A stretch of DNA of 64,000 nucleotides. Origin: Terriglobia bacterium. GTDB lineage: Bacteria > Acidobacteriota > Terriglobia > Acidiferrales > UBA7541. The notes below the pieces were generated by a model, which saw nothing but the letters and a program-made list of their open reading frames with translations, was not told the DNA's origin and did not search any database. Below are positions 29,688-40,232 of the stretch, in pieces. Each line of letters begins with the position of its first letter. The stretch's first letter is position 1. The translations under genes were made by a program, and so were the position numbers. Location: positions 512,001-576,000 of the forward strand of contig OY968796.1 in NCBI GenBank assembly GCA_963695545.1, in the 5' to 3' direction.

Positions 29688-30989
29688 TCAGAGACATGCC
29701 GCGATGCGCGCCAAACTATTGACGGCCCCATCGCCATGACCCTTCATGCGGTACAGCGCGCTATCGGCTACGGAAAACAATTGCTCGATGTTCTCGCCGT
29801 CGCGCGGAAACACGGCCGCGCCGACGCTGCAGGTGATGCGCGGGAGCTCGCCATCCTGCGCCAGGCGGTCGCAGATGCGCCGCCCGACCGCGGCGGCGGC
29901 GTTGATATCCGCTTCGGGCAGCACCACGGCGAATTCGTCTCCGCCGTAGCGCGCCGCGGTGTCCATCGTCCGGCAACTGGTACGCATCTTCGCGGCCAGG
30001 CGTCGCAGTGCGCTACTGCCGACCAAGTGACCGTAACGGTCGTTGACGCTCTTGAGCGCGTCGAGATCGAAGAGCAGCAGAGAGAATGGCCGGCCCGTGC
30101 GGCGCGAGCGCTGAATTTCAGCTTCGAGCGTTTGCACCAAAGTGCGGTAATTGCCGAGGCCCGTGAGCGAATCGGTCACGGCGAGATGACGCACTTGATC
30201 GAACAAGCGGGCGTTGTCGAGCAACGCGCCGCCGAGCACCACGGCGTAGCTGGTAACCTTGAGCACCTGCGCGAGCGTGAATGGCGCGTCCAGCGAATTC
30301 TGGGACTGGCTGGCAGCCACGTGGCATGCGACGTTCAACCAACACGCGGCCCACAAGGCGTAGTCGAAGGCCGAGCGATCGTGGCGCAGGCGGCGCCGGC
30401 AAGCCATCGCGGCGAGCACGAAGAGAAACGCAGGAAGCAAATCCCAGGGACGCGCGATCAGTGCCAGCGGGTGAATCGCCGGCTCGACCGGATAACTCAG
30501 GAACGCCGCGCTGGTTAGATAGGCGACCACACCCACCACCACAAGCGCCACGAAAATTTCTCGGCTCGGTTCGCGCGAGCTGGGCAGCCGCTTTTCGACC
30601 GTAAGCCCGGCAAGAATCAGCACCGCAAGCAGCGTCCGGCTGACCATCCAGGCCAGCGGAATGTGCGATTGCGCAGGCAAGCCCGACGCGAGCACGCTGT
30701 AAAAGCCGAACACGGTGATGGTTTCAATCAGGCCGGCCAGAACGAAACCGAAAGCCAGGATCAGCGTCAGGCGATCGTGCGTGCCGCGGAAGCGCACCAG
30801 GGCGTTGGCGGCAAACGTGAAACCGAGCAAGCTGCCGACAATCTGCAAATAAGAAAATAGAATCGGATCCGAGGAGAACGGTTCGCGCCGCAGCCACGTC
30901 ACCAAGGCGATGAAGGCGATCGCGGCGACGGCCGCAAGCGGCCAACGAAACGCGCGAATCACCCGACGAATTGCGGAAAGCTCGAACAC
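29688..30989 (-). CDS. Multi-pass membrane sensor GGDEF cyclase with Hypr-type Ser (GHLVGS)
   Basis: About 8 hydrophobic segments; TDSLTGL, RTMD I-site, RYGGDEF. Confidence 0.9.
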   Translation of the reverse strand: MFELSAIRRVIRAFRWPLAAVAAIAFIALVTWLRREPFSSDPILFSYLQIVGSLLGFTFAANALVRFRGTHDRLTLILAFGFVLAGLIETITVFGFYSVLASGLPAQSHIPLAWMVSRTLLAVLILAGLTVEKRLPSSREPSREIFVALVVVGVVAYLTSAAFLSYPVEPAIHPLALIARPWDLLPAFLFVLAAMACRRRLRHDRSAFDYALWAACWLNVACHVAASQSQNSLDAPFTLAQVLKVTSYAVVLGGALLDNARLFDQVRHLAVTDSLTGLGNYRTLVQTLEAEIQRSRRTGRPFSLLLFDLDALKSVNDRYGHLVGSSALRRLAAKMRTSCRTMDTAARYGGDEFAVVLPEADINAAAAVGRRICDRLAQDGELPRITCSVGAAVFPRDGENIEQLFSVADSALYRMKGHGDGAVNSLARIAACL

Positions 30990-31045
30990 CAGATCCCCCA
31001 GCTGCTACGGCGAACTTAATCTCAAAATGCAACAGCGCCATTTAG

Positions 31046-31062
31046 TGCAACCAGAGTGCCGA
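31046..31062 (-). promoter_or_regulatory. sigma54 (-24/-12) promoter for the GGDEF-PilZ genes
   Basis: Minus strand TCGGCAC-TCTGG-TTGCA fits TGGCAC-N5-TTGCW spacing; IHF-like site TTTCAG-N4-TTA at 31101-31089 just upstream. Confidence 0.7.
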
Positions 31063-31564
31063 AATTTGGCAAGCGGACGCTAGGCGTGTAATATGCTGAA
31101 AATGCAGCTACTTACGCGAATGAGTAAAAGAGGTTAGTAACCGTCGGGGCAAACTATCCCACAGACCTTGTGTATTTTGGTGACCAGATCGGTCGGCGAG
31201 TACTCAGCGGCGGGCGGCAGGAAGCTCTGATGCGGGCCGAAACTGAACGGGATGAGGAGCGCAGAACTATCGGGAAACGACGGCGAAAATGGGCGCGCGA
31301 CGCTTGCAGCGGCGGCTGGAGACTGAAACCGCGCACCCCCGGTAGTCCGGAAATTCGATTAGAGAAATCGCCCGCCGTCGGATTGGCGGTGTGCTCAGGA
31401 ACTCGACTGGCGAATTGCACACGGACGTGGTTGGGTGTAGGTTATCGGTCGGCCCGGAATCAAGGTGCGACTTCCAGTTTCGAGTCTGAGCTTGAAGAAC
31501 GCGAGACGTTCTCGCGATCGGCAAGGCTAGTAGTCTCTCTTAAAGTTAGGATAATTGCCTCCGC

Positions 31565-32275
31565 ATGTCGGATGAAGGTCAAAAACCTCCGGACAAGCAG
31601 ACCTTAGCGTTCGCTCGCGACCGTCGTGGAGCGGTGCGTCACGAATTCAACGCCATGGCCAAGATGATCGATCCGAAATCTGGGGCGCCTGTCGAAATGC
31701 GCGTGCGCGATCTGGCCCTGGGCGGGTGCCGCGTGGAGACGGCCAATCCATTCCCCGTGGGACAGCTGACGAAGATACGCATCACGAAGGAGACGCAATC
31801 CTTCGAGGCCGTGGCCAAAGTCGTCTCCGTGCAAGCCGGAAAAAGCATGGGGCTGTTATTTTCCGGAATCGAATCTGAGCAGCGTCGAATTCTCGAAACG
31901 TGGCTGGCCCAGACCGTCGGCTCCCAGGAGAATGCCTGGCGGGAATCCAACCGCCGAAGGAGTCAGCGAATCCTCCTGCGCGTTCCGGTGATTGTCTCGG
32001 GATATGACGCTAACAAAATCCGGTTTAAGGAGAAGACCTTCACCGATTCGATCAGCGCGAACGGCGCCCTGGTTCTGCTCGCGGCGCCGGTCACCAAGGG
32101 CCTGCGTCTGGCTCTCTCGAAAGACCCGGAAGGAACCGCGCTCGATTGCGTCGTGGTCTATGTCGGCCGGCGTCAAGGCGCCGAGGTCGAGATCGGCGTG
32201 AAGTTCGCGCAGCCCAATCCAGTGTTCTGGGGAGTGTCCTTCCCGCCGATTGACGACTCGACGCACCGTCCGTGA
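31565..32275 (+). CDS. Tandem PilZ-domain protein
   Basis: RRGAVR...DLALGGC and RRSQR...SISANG repeats. Confidence 0.8.
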   Translation: MSDEGQKPPDKQTLAFARDRRGAVRHEFNAMAKMIDPKSGAPVEMRVRDLALGGCRVETANPFPVGQLTKIRITKETQSFEAVAKVVSVQAGKSMGLLFSGIESEQRRILETWLAQTVGSQENAWRESNRRRSQRILLRVPVIVSGYDANKIRFKEKTFTDSISANGALVLLAAPVTKGLRLALSKDPEGTALDCVVVYVGRRQGAEVEIGVKFAQPNPVFWGVSFPPIDDSTHRP

Positions 32276-32505
32276 GCGAAATCCCCGTTTGAAGTTCGCT
32301 TGCGTCAAGCAAGACTGAAGAACAGTCAGATGTTCAAACTGTGGGTTTGGGCGCGCGCGGAGGCAGATCGCGCACCTGTACCGTGTCTTCGATATTAGCG
32401 CCGCGATAGCGATCTGGAATTCTTCCCGAAATATGTGTCTGTGACTCGCCGATGGCTAGATCCGAGCGCGTGGCCGGCTCCGCCGGACTCCGCGGCTAAC
32501 GTGAG

Positions 32506-35202
32506 CTACGGTGCTTGCCAATCGAGAGAGTAGATTTCCTGGGTGCCGGTGTCGCGCAGGAGAAGAGGCGAATCGTCGGGAGCCATGCCTAGCCAGATAC
32601 CGTAAGAACCTGTTTGCGGAAAGTTTTTCAGATCGGCCACTCGTTCGAGCTTCCGGTCGCTGATGCGCACGCGCATGACGGACGGCTGATCTTCCTCATG
32701 TAAGAAGTAGATATACTCTCCGCTTTTCGACCAGTTGGGGAACGCCATGCTGATCGTCGCGATCTCCTGCCACTTTTGAGTGGCAAAATCGAAAAGCATC
32801 AAGCTACGGGAATCGGAAGGCATCGCAACCATATAGCGTCCATCGGGAGACCAGCGCGGCGAGAAGAGGCCGCTTGAGCCGGGCAGGGTCGAAACTTGCT
32901 GGGTCTTAACGTCGAGGATCCGGACGCCGGCGTTCTGATCGGTTATACCACCCCCGAAGGCAATTCTGGTCCCGTCGGGGGACCAAGTCGGATCCCATTC
33001 ATCCTCGGAATCTCCGGGCATCAGTTCGCGCGGCGTTCCCCCATCGGTCGAAACCATGTACAACTTCGATTTCTGGCCAGCCGAAAAGACATAGAAAACG
33101 ATCTGCCGACCATCCGGGGACCATCTAGGCGCGAAGGCAGCGAGCGGCGGGTAGCTAAGCTGCATTCGCTGAGTACCGTCCACTTTGCTTCTCCACAGAG
33201 TTCCGTCCGGGTAGCTGACGTACGCCGCCCACTGCCCATCTTTAGAGAAGCTGACTCCATCCGCCGAAATTCCGGAAAGAAACGGAACGAACTGCGAGGA
33301 GCTTGCATCGTAGCGAGCCAGTTCCCCGCGCGCCAGCGTCCCCACCACGAACAGTTTCTTGCCGTCCTTGCTTGGCAGAGGCGAGGAGTAAGTCATCGGC
33401 CCGGTGGTCAGCTGGACGGGTTGGCCATCGGCTTTTCCAAACCAATTCCCCTTTTCGGCAAGAGCCCAGATATTGCCTCCCACCTGGAAAACGAAATATT
33501 TCCCATCCTCGGTCCAATTGCCGCAACATTCGCTGGGAGCAGTTTGCCAGCCGGGCAACAAGGGTTGCAGGCTCGATCCGTTGACCGAAACCTGCCAAAG
33601 CGAGTGCGCACGCGATAGTCTATCGCCGACACTGAATCGAATCACGGCGCCGTCCGGCGACCAGGCGACTTTGAAAACCCGGGCGGACGCGGAGGCCAGC
33701 TTGCGGGGTTCGGTGCCGTCACTCTTTGCCAGGAATAAATCACGTCCGTTGGCGTAAGCGATCGTTTGGCCGTCCGGAGACCAGGCAGCACTCTGTCCGA
33801 CCGCATCTCCCAGTCTTTGAGGTGATCCGCCCAGCACGGGCACTCCCCAGAGTGGCCCAATAAATGACGTCTCGCCCACCTCGTTCGCGACCAGCAATGT
33901 CGACCCGTCGGGCGAAACGTTGAGCGGAACCATGGTCGGCGCGGGAACCGCGACGTGCGCTACCTCTCCGCCGGAGACAGACACCTGCGCGAGGCTCAAG
34001 CCCGCCGACGCATCCTCGCTAAAGTAAAGCCGTGCCCCGTCGGTCCCCACCAGATCCTTTGGATAGCTGTCGTGAGTAACCGCGACGTATCCCGACACCT
34101 TGGGCGGGGGCAGAGGACGCGATTGCAGATAGATCAACGCCGCGATGACGACGAGAACCACGCCACCGGCGACCGCGACTGACGGGCGTTTCCACCAAGG
34201 CCGCGGAGCGTTGGTGACGGCCGCGGCAACTGCGGATCCGATTGTCTCGGCCGCGGATGGAAGTGCGGCGGCAGCCGAAGAGATTGTGGCGGCGGATCGG
34301 CCCGAATCGGTGTCGCGCCGCAATCGCTTGAGGTCCGCTCGCAGCTCGGCCGCGCTTTGGTATCGCAGTTCGCGGTCCTTCTCGAGCGCCTTGTTGATGA
34401 TCTCTTCGAGCTTCGGCGGGATTTCCGGATTCAGTCGAACCGGCGCGACGGGAGCACGGTTGAGGATGGCTTCGAAAATCACCGCGGAAGTGTCGCCGCG
34501 GAAGGGGAGCGAGCCGGTGCTCATTTCGTAGAGCACCACGCCGAAGGAGAAGAGGTCGGTTCGCGCGTCGAGTTCCCTGCCTCGCGCTTGCTCGGGAGAC
34601 ATATAGGCGACCGTTCCCAGCGCCGAGCCGGGACTGGTGAGTTGGGTCTCAGGGACCTGCGTGGCCGCCGTGGAGATCGACGCCGCGGATGGCCCGGGAA
34701 CGGACGTCGGCTGAGCCGTCAGCTTCGCCAAGCCGAAATCGAGGATCTTCGCGTGGCCCCGCGTGGTGACAAATATGTTCGCCGGCTTGATGTCGCGGTG
34801 CACGATGCCCCGCGCATGAGCGGCATCGAGCGCGTCGGCTACTTGAATTCCGAGATCGAGCAACTCGTCGAGGTCGAGCGGCTTGCCCCGAATCACGTGC
34901 CTGAGCGTTTGCCCTTCGAGCAATTCCATGGCGATGAAGGATTTTCCATCCGATTCGTCAACCTCATAGATGGTGCAAATGTTGGGGTGATTGAGCGCCG
35001 AGGCGGCCAAGGCTTCGCGCTGGAAACGCTCGCGCGCCGCCGGGTCTTTCGCAAGTTCTTCGGGAAGAAATTTCAGCGCGACTTGGCGGCGGAGTTTGGA
35101 GTCCTCCGCCTTGTACACCACGCCCATTCCTCCTCCGCCGACTTGTTCAAGGATACGGTAATGCGAAATGGTTTGGCCGACGAGCGATGAGGAGTCCGCC
35201 AT
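32506..35202 (-). CDS. Hanks-type Ser/Thr kinase with TM helix and TolB-like beta-propeller
   Basis: [29 protein letters not shown]; repeated WSPDG blades. Confidence 0.95.
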   Translation of the reverse strand: MADSSSLVGQTISHYRILEQVGGGGMGVVYKAEDSKLRRQVALKFLPEELAKDPAARERFQREALAASALNHPNICTIYEVDESDGKSFIAMELLEGQTLRHVIRGKPLDLDELLDLGIQVADALDAAHARGIVHRDIKPANIFVTTRGHAKILDFGLAKLTAQPTSVPGPSAASISTAATQVPETQLTSPGSALGTVAYMSPEQARGRELDARTDLFSFGVVLYEMSTGSLPFRGDTSAVIFEAILNRAPVAPVRLNPEIPPKLEEIINKALEKDRELRYQSAAELRADLKRLRRDTDSGRSAATISSAAAALPSAAETIGSAVAAAVTNAPRPWWKRPSVAVAGGVVLVVIAALIYLQSRPLPPPKVSGYVAVTHDSYPKDLVGTDGARLYFSEDASAGLSLAQVSVSGGEVAHVAVPAPTMVPLNVSPDGSTLLVANEVGETSFIGPLWGVPVLGGSPQRLGDAVGQSAAWSPDGQTIAYANGRDLFLAKSDGTEPRKLASASARVFKVAWSPDGAVIRFSVGDRLSRAHSLWQVSVNGSSLQPLLPGWQTAPSECCGNWTEDGKYFVFQVGGNIWALAEKGNWFGKADGQPVQLTTGPMTYSSPLPSKDGKKLFVVGTLARGELARYDASSSQFVPFLSGISADGVSFSKDGQWAAYVSYPDGTLWRSKVDGTQRMQLSYPPLAAFAPRWSPDGRQIVFYVFSAGQKSKLYMVSTDGGTPRELMPGDSEDEWDPTWSPDGTRIAFGGGITDQNAGVRILDVKTQQVSTLPGSSGLFSPRWSPDGRYMVAMPSDSRSLMLFDFATQKWQEIATISMAFPNWSKSGEYIYFLHEEDQPSVMRVRISDRKLERVADLKNFPQTGSYGIWLGMAPDDSPLLLRDTGTQEIYSLDWQAP

Positions 35203-35327
35203 GAGGCGATGATCTTAGGTTGCGGAAAGAAGGCCAGTCAAGGAAGCGCAGCAGCCTGCGGACGAAGTCCCGATCACCGCGCGAAGAGCACGGGTGAATT
35301 CGCGATTCAAAACCAAAGAATAGATGG

Positions 35328-35564
35328 TCAGACGGCGGGCTTGGGCGCGGGCGGAGGAAGATCGCGGGCCTGCACCGTATCCTGGAAATTGGCAGCGCGA
35401 TGCGCGCCGTCGCAGAACGGCTTGTTCGCGGAGTGGCCGCAGCGGCAGAGTGAGATCGTGGTGCGGCCGGCGAGGCCGAAGCTCTTGCCGCTCGGATCGA
35501 GAATCTCGAAGTCGCCCTCGACGCGCAGAGGGCCGTTATTCACGGGCACAATTTTTGTGGGCAT
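35328..35564 (-). CDS. CDGSH iron-sulfur domain protein
   Basis: NGPLRVEG...LCRCGHSANKPFCDGAH. Confidence 0.92.
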   Translation of the reverse strand: MPTKIVPVNNGPLRVEGDFEILDPSGKSFGLAGRTTISLCRCGHSANKPFCDGAHRAANFQDTVQARDLPPPAPKPAV

Positions 35565-35610
35565 GCGATTCCTTTCGTGGCCTAATTTCAATTCGTCTGA
35601 ATAATTCGCG

Positions 35611-36789
35611 TCAATATTTCGGCACGGACGGATCGACTTCATCCGACCACGCCAGGATGCCGCCCTTCAAATTCCAAATTTTCTTGAAGCCGGCCTTTTG
35701 CAGAAATTCCACGGCGTCGGCTGAGCGTTTTCCGCTGCGGCAATGCGCCACGATTTCCCGCGAGCTATCGAGTTCGCTGACGCGCTTGGGCAAATCGCCC
35801 AGCGGAATCAGGTGGCCGTGAATATTGCAAATCTGATATTCGTGCGGCTCGCGCACGTCCAGAATGAAAAGGTCGTCGCCGCGATCGAGCCGCGTCTTCA
35901 GCTCGCGCGGTGTAATTTCAGGTATTCCGGTGGTCACAACAGGTGCCTCCTCGCCTCGTATTCCGCAAAATTCTTCGTAATCAATCAATTTGTTGATCGT
36001 GCGATTCTCGCCGCAAATCGGGCACGCGGGATTCTGGCGCACCTTCAGTTCGCGGAAGCGCATGGCCAGCGCGTCAAAAAGCAGCAGCCGGCCGGCCAGC
36101 GATTCGCCCGCTCCCAAAATCAGCTTGATCGTTTCCATCGCCTGCAGCGAACCGACAATCCCCGGCAACACGCCGAGCACTCCGCCTTCCGCGCACGACG
36201 GCACCAAGCCCGGCGGCGGCGGTTCAGGGTAAAGGCAGCGATAGCACGGCCCCGATGGCGCGCCGAACACGGTCACTTGCCCCTCAAACCGGAAAATTGA
36301 GCCGTAAACGTTCGGCTTGCCAAGCAGCACGCACGCATCGTTCACCAGATAGCGCGTCGGGAAATTGTCGGTGCCATCGACGATGATGTCGAAATCTTTG
36401 AACAGATCAAGCGCGTTCTCGCTGGTCAATCGCGTGTCGAACGTATCGATCTGAATATCCGGATTCATCGCGGACAAGCGATCGCGCGCGGCCTCGGCCT
36501 TTTTCCGGCCGACGTCTTTAGTCGAAAACGTGATTTGCCGCTGAAGATTCGTGAAATCCACCACATCAAAATCCACGATGCCCAACCGCCCCACGCCGGC
36601 CGCTGCCAGATAAAGTCCAAGCGGCGCGCCCAAACCTCCGGCGCCGATCAGCAGCACTTGCGCCTTCTTGAGCTTCAGCTGCCCTTCCATGCCGACCTCC
36701 GGCATGATCAAGTGCCGGCTGTACCGCAAAATTTCTTCCTTCGATAGCTTCAGGTCTTGTTTCGGCAATGCGCTCGTGTCAATGGGCAT
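35611..36789 (-). CDS. moeB: MoeB/MoeZ adenylyltransferase with C-terminal rhodanese domain
   Basis: RYSRHL, GAGGLG, DGTDNF, CYRC, SCAEGG, CPIC, LDVRE, HCRSGKRS. Confidence 0.92.
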   Translation of the reverse strand: MPIDTSALPKQDLKLSKEEILRYSRHLIMPEVGMEGQLKLKKAQVLLIGAGGLGAPLGLYLAAAGVGRLGIVDFDVVDFTNLQRQITFSTKDVGRKKAEAARDRLSAMNPDIQIDTFDTRLTSENALDLFKDFDIIVDGTDNFPTRYLVNDACVLLGKPNVYGSIFRFEGQVTVFGAPSGPCYRCLYPEPPPPGLVPSCAEGGVLGVLPGIVGSLQAMETIKLILGAGESLAGRLLLFDALAMRFRELKVRQNPACPICGENRTINKLIDYEEFCGIRGEEAPVVTTGIPEITPRELKTRLDRGDDLFILDVREPHEYQICNIHGHLIPLGDLPKRVSELDSSREIVAHCRSGKRSADAVEFLQKAGFKKIWNLKGGILAWSDEVDPSVPKY

Positions 36790-36811
36790 GGCGATCTCCT
36801 GCTTTCGGGCC

Positions 36812-37117
36812 TCAGGCGCGCACGCGCAGATTTCGTTCGTCTGCGCCGCCGGCGATCGACGGCACAATCGTGATCGTGTCGCCGGATTTCGTGGGCGTCT
36901 TCTCTTGCTTCAAAAAGCGAATGTCCTCGTCGTTCAAATAAACATTCACGAAGCTGCGGATCTGTCCCTCGGGCGTGTAGAGATGTTTCTTCAGATCGGC
37001 GTACGTCGCCGTCAAGCGATCGAGCGCGTCACCAACCGTCGCGGCGTCAAATTCCACGCTGGCCTTGTGCTCGGCATACGGACGCAACGGCGTCGGCAAA
37101 ATCACTTTCACGGCCAT
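36812..37117 (-). CDS. MoaD/ThiS-family sulfur carrier (CysO-like) with an extension after GG
   Basis: ILPTPLR, FVNVYLNDEDIRF, VPSIAGG followed by ADERNLRVRA. Confidence 0.9.
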   Translation of the reverse strand: MAVKVILPTPLRPYAEHKASVEFDAATVGDALDRLTATYADLKKHLYTPEGQIRSFVNVYLNDEDIRFLKQEKTPTKSGDTITIVPSIAGGADERNLRVRA

Positions 37118-37575
37118 CAGAGCTTTCCTCCCACGGACGACTTGTGTTGCGCGGCCCCCGCGGATGAAAGCGGCTCGGGCTCGAATCGCGCGCGATCGTC
37201 GGTCAGCCGCCACGAAGTCATCTCGCACGGCACCGCCGCCGCAACCGCCACGATGATGTAACTGTACCAGGGCCACGCGTGTTCGCGATCGAACTCCGAT
37301 GGCCGCGCCGGATGATCCGGATGCGAATGATACCAGCCGATCAAATCCAGGCCGCGCTCCGTGGCGGCGCGCTCGGCCGCGCGCACATCTTCAGCCGTGA
37401 TCTCGAAACGATTGCGCGGCGAATCGTCGCGCCGATTTGAAAGCGGCACCAGATCGCGCACCGCGCGCCCCGCCGCGCCGTCCGTGCCCAAAAGCGCGCC
37501 GCAGCATTCATACGGATAATCCTGCGCGCCATGCGCGCCGATCCTCGTTGCCAATTCTCGATTCAATTCAAGCAT
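37117..37575 (-). CDS. JAMM/M67 metalloprotease (Mec-like)
   Basis: YPYECCG, YHSHPDHPARPSEFD. Confidence 0.92.
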   Translation of the reverse strand: MLELNRELATRIGAHGAQDYPYECCGALLGTDGAAGRAVRDLVPLSNRRDDSPRNRFEITAEDVRAAERAATERGLDLIGWYHSHPDHPARPSEFDREHAWPWYSYIIVAVAAAVPCEMTSWRLTDDRARFEPEPLSSAGAAQHKSSVGGKL

Positions 37576-37608
37576 GATCGTTTCCGCAAACCTGGCGTAG
37601 CTCGCCCG

Positions 37609-38580
37609 CTACTGCGCTTCATCCCAGAAGCGCTCGCTCAAATATTTCTCGCCCGAATCCGGAAACACGGTGACGATCACCGCGCTCGCGCCCGCGGGCA
37701 GCGCCGCCGCCACCTGGAAACATCCCGCCAAATTCGCCGCCGCGCTCGGGCTCAACAGCAAACCCTCTTCCCGCGCCGCGCGCTTCACCAATCGATACGC
37801 CGCTTCCGTGTTCACGCCCAAATTTTCATCCGCGAGGGACGCATCGTAAATCGCCGGCACAATCGCCGTCTCCATATGCTTCCAGCCCTCGAGCCCATGA
37901 AACGGCGAATCCGGCTGCAAGCTGATGCAGCGAATCGCCGGATTATATTCTTTCAACCGCCGCGTCGTGCCCACGAAAGTTCCGCTGGTCCCGAGCCCGG
38001 CCACGAAATGCGTCACGCGCCCCGCAGTCTGCTCCCAAATCTCCACCGCCGTCGTGCGATAGTGCGCCCGCCAGTTCGCTGCGTTGCCGTATTGATCCGG
38101 ATAAAAATATCGTCCCGGCTCGGCTTCGGCCACGATTTGCTGCACGCGTCGAATCGCGCCGTCGGAGCCTTCCCCGCCCGGCGTGATCACCAGCTCCGCG
38201 CCAAACGCTTTCAGAATTCGCTTGCGCTCCGGACTCGCGCTCTCCGGCAAGCAAAGCTTCACGCGATACCCGCGCGCCGCCGCGATCATGGCATAAGCGA
38301 TGCCGGTGTTTCCGCTCGTAGCGTCCAGGATCTCCACGCCCGGCCGCAGCGCGCCCGACCGCTCGCCCTCGAGAATCATGTTTAGCGCCGGGCGATCCTT
38401 CACCGAGCCGCCGGGATTGAACCACTCCGCCTTAGCGTAAAATTCGATGCCCGGAAAGTCGCGCGCGATTCGTTCCAGGCGCAGCAGGGGCGTGTTCCCG
38501 ATCAGATCGACCAGGTTCGTCCCCGCTTCGCGGCCGCGACGCGCCGATTCCGCTCGAAAAGTTTGGCTCGCCGAACTCAT
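37609..38580 (-). CDS. cysM: PLP-dependent cysteine synthase (CysM-like)
   Basis: IGNTPL, NPGGSVKDR, TSGNTG, GLGTSGT. Confidence 0.85.
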   Translation of the reverse strand: MSSASQTFRAESARRGREAGTNLVDLIGNTPLLRLERIARDFPGIEFYAKAEWFNPGGSVKDRPALNMILEGERSGALRPGVEILDATSGNTGIAYAMIAAARGYRVKLCLPESASPERKRILKAFGAELVITPGGEGSDGAIRRVQQIVAEAEPGRYFYPDQYGNAANWRAHYRTTAVEIWEQTAGRVTHFVAGLGTSGTFVGTTRRLKEYNPAIRCISLQPDSPFHGLEGWKHMETAIVPAIYDASLADENLGVNTEAAYRLVKRAAREEGLLLSPSAAANLAGCFQVAAALPAGASAVIVTVFPDSGEKYLSERFWDEAQ

Positions 38581-38774
38581 ATGCGCGGAATCCACTCCTC
38601 CGGACCGCCTGGCATACACCATTAGATGACCCGACGATGCACGGGTATTCACTCAATTTAGCATGGGTCACCCCAAAACACCGCCGCTAACGCCCAGCCG
38701 CGCGCCCCGGCCCTCCCCAAATTCGCCTTTACAGATGTGCCGCCGAATCCGTAGTCTTAAGCCTACGAGGAAAC

Positions 38775-39221
38775 ATGTGGAACGTTGACGAGCCTTTCTC
38801 TCCCCAAACTTTGGAGGCCCTGCCGAAAGCCGGCTTCGCCGTCGGCAGCACGCGCGGCGTAATGCGCGTCGAACGCTACGGCTGCGGCGCTGAATTCCGC
38901 CGCACGCCCAACGGCCACTTCGTGATGACCATCCTCCCCACCATCCTGATGAACGGCAATTTCACGCGCCTGTGGGACGCCGGCTACCAGAAATTCCTGA
39001 TCACCGACGACGGCCGCAAGCTCCCCGCGCAGGCCGAAGAGTTGGTGCGCATGCGCCGCTTCAATGAAGAGCTGCGCACCGCGCTCGGCGTGCCCACGTA
39101 TTACAACGAAGCCCTCGGCTCGACTTGCCAGGTCACCGAGTACGATCGCGTCGCCGGCCGCCGCGGCGATGTGCCCGACAGCGGCGTCGGCGCCATTCCC
39201 GACGACGGCGCAAATCACTAA
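38775..39221 (+). CDS. Hypothetical protein, divergent from the sulfur-carrier cluster
   Basis: GAGG SD; RLWDAGYQKF, YYNEALGS, YDRVAGR; GC-rich third positions. Confidence 0.75.
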   Translation: MWNVDEPFSPQTLEALPKAGFAVGSTRGVMRVERYGCGAEFRRTPNGHFVMTILPTILMNGNFTRLWDAGYQKFLITDDGRKLPAQAEELVRMRRFNEELRTALGVPTYYNEALGSTCQVTEYDRVAGRRGDVPDSGVGAIPDDGANH

Positions 39222-39274
39222 AGCATGCGAAAGGCCGCGCGCATGACAACGTTCCATAACCGCGACGTCGCGAA

Positions 39275-39309
39275 CCGCTCGCCACTCACCACTAGCCAAT
39301 CGCCACTGG
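39275..39309 (+). repeat. Degenerate heptamer tandem repeat, 5 units
   Basis: ccgctcg-ccactca-ccactag-ccaatcg-ccactgg, intergenic. Confidence 0.7.
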
Positions 39310-39315
39310 TCTAAA

Positions 39316-39921
39316 ATGACCGGTCTCGACAAGCTCCGCCTCACAGCCTTCGCGGTGGTCGTGGCCAGTTGGCTTGGCTTTAGTCTTGTCTTCTTTTTGG
39401 CGCGCCGAAAACTCCCGGCCAAGACGCAAGAAGCCAAACGCGATCCCGCATCGTATTGGGGTATCGCCATACAAACCGTCGCCATCTTCATGGTTTGGGC
39501 GTTTCATCGCAGCGACCTCGGCCCAATCCTGCCGATGCTGCCAGGGCCGCAGTGGGCGCAGGCCGCGATCTTGATCGCTGCGATGCTCATCGCGGTTTTC
39601 TCGCTGTGGCTCAGCATCGCCGCGGTTCGCACGCTCGGCAAGCAATGGACCTACGTCGCGCGTGTGATTGAGGGCCATCGTCTAATCACTGAAGGTCCTT
39701 ACAATTTGGTGCGCAATCCAATTTATCTCAGCATGTTCGGCTCGCTCGTCGCCACCGGCCTGGTTTTCGGCAAATGGTGGGCGTTCTTGCCCGCCGTCAT
39801 CATTTTCTTGATCGGCACCCAGATTCGCATCTCGCGCGAAGAAAAACTCCTCTGCGCGACCTTCGGCGACGAATGGACCGATTACACCCGCCGCGTCCCC
39901 GCCTTCTTCCCCGGCTTCTAG
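39316..39921 (+). CDS. Isoprenylcysteine carboxyl methyltransferase-family membrane protein
   Basis: HRLITEGPYNLVRNPIY, EEKLL..FG..W.DY..RVP. Confidence 0.88.
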   Translation: MTGLDKLRLTAFAVVVASWLGFSLVFFLARRKLPAKTQEAKRDPASYWGIAIQTVAIFMVWAFHRSDLGPILPMLPGPQWAQAAILIAAMLIAVFSLWLSIAAVRTLGKQWTYVARVIEGHRLITEGPYNLVRNPIYLSMFGSLVATGLVFGKWWAFLPAVIIFLIGTQIRISREEKLLCATFGDEWTDYTRRVPAFFPGF

Positions 39922-40232
39922 CCCCGCGCCGCCTCTTCCAGCTGACGCCGAAATTGCGCCGCCAGCACGCGATGCTTCGCCACCTTCCGCGCGCCCAGAA
40001 AAATCACCGGCACATCGAAATCGTGCCGCGCGCGCAACACCGCATCCTCATCAATATTCACTTCCCGCATCCGCGCCCCAAACTCCGCCAGCAGCGGTGC
40101 CATCACACGCTTCGCCTCTTCGCACAGATGGCACCCCGGCCGCGTATAAAGCGTCACGTCAAGCGCCGCTGCCGCGGCCAGCCGGCCATCTTCCTCGCCA
40201 GTCGGTTTATTGGTGGGCTTATCGGTAGGCAT
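39918..40232 (-). CDS. Glutaredoxin-like protein (DUF836 type)
   Basis: TLYTRPGCHLC, VPVI. Confidence 0.85.
   Translation of the reverse strand: MPTDKPTNKPTGEEDGRLAAAAALDVTLYTRPGCHLCEEAKRVMAPLLAEFGARMREVNIDEDAVLRARHDFDVPVIFLGARKVAKHRVLAAQFRRQLEEAARG

Noticed and set aside
31120..31200. c-di-GMP-I/GEMM riboswitch near the GGDEF gene (GGCAAAC seen)
   Set aside because: I could not build the P2 GNRA hairpin or P3 by eye; an Infernal search with the Rfam c-di-GMP-I models would settle it.
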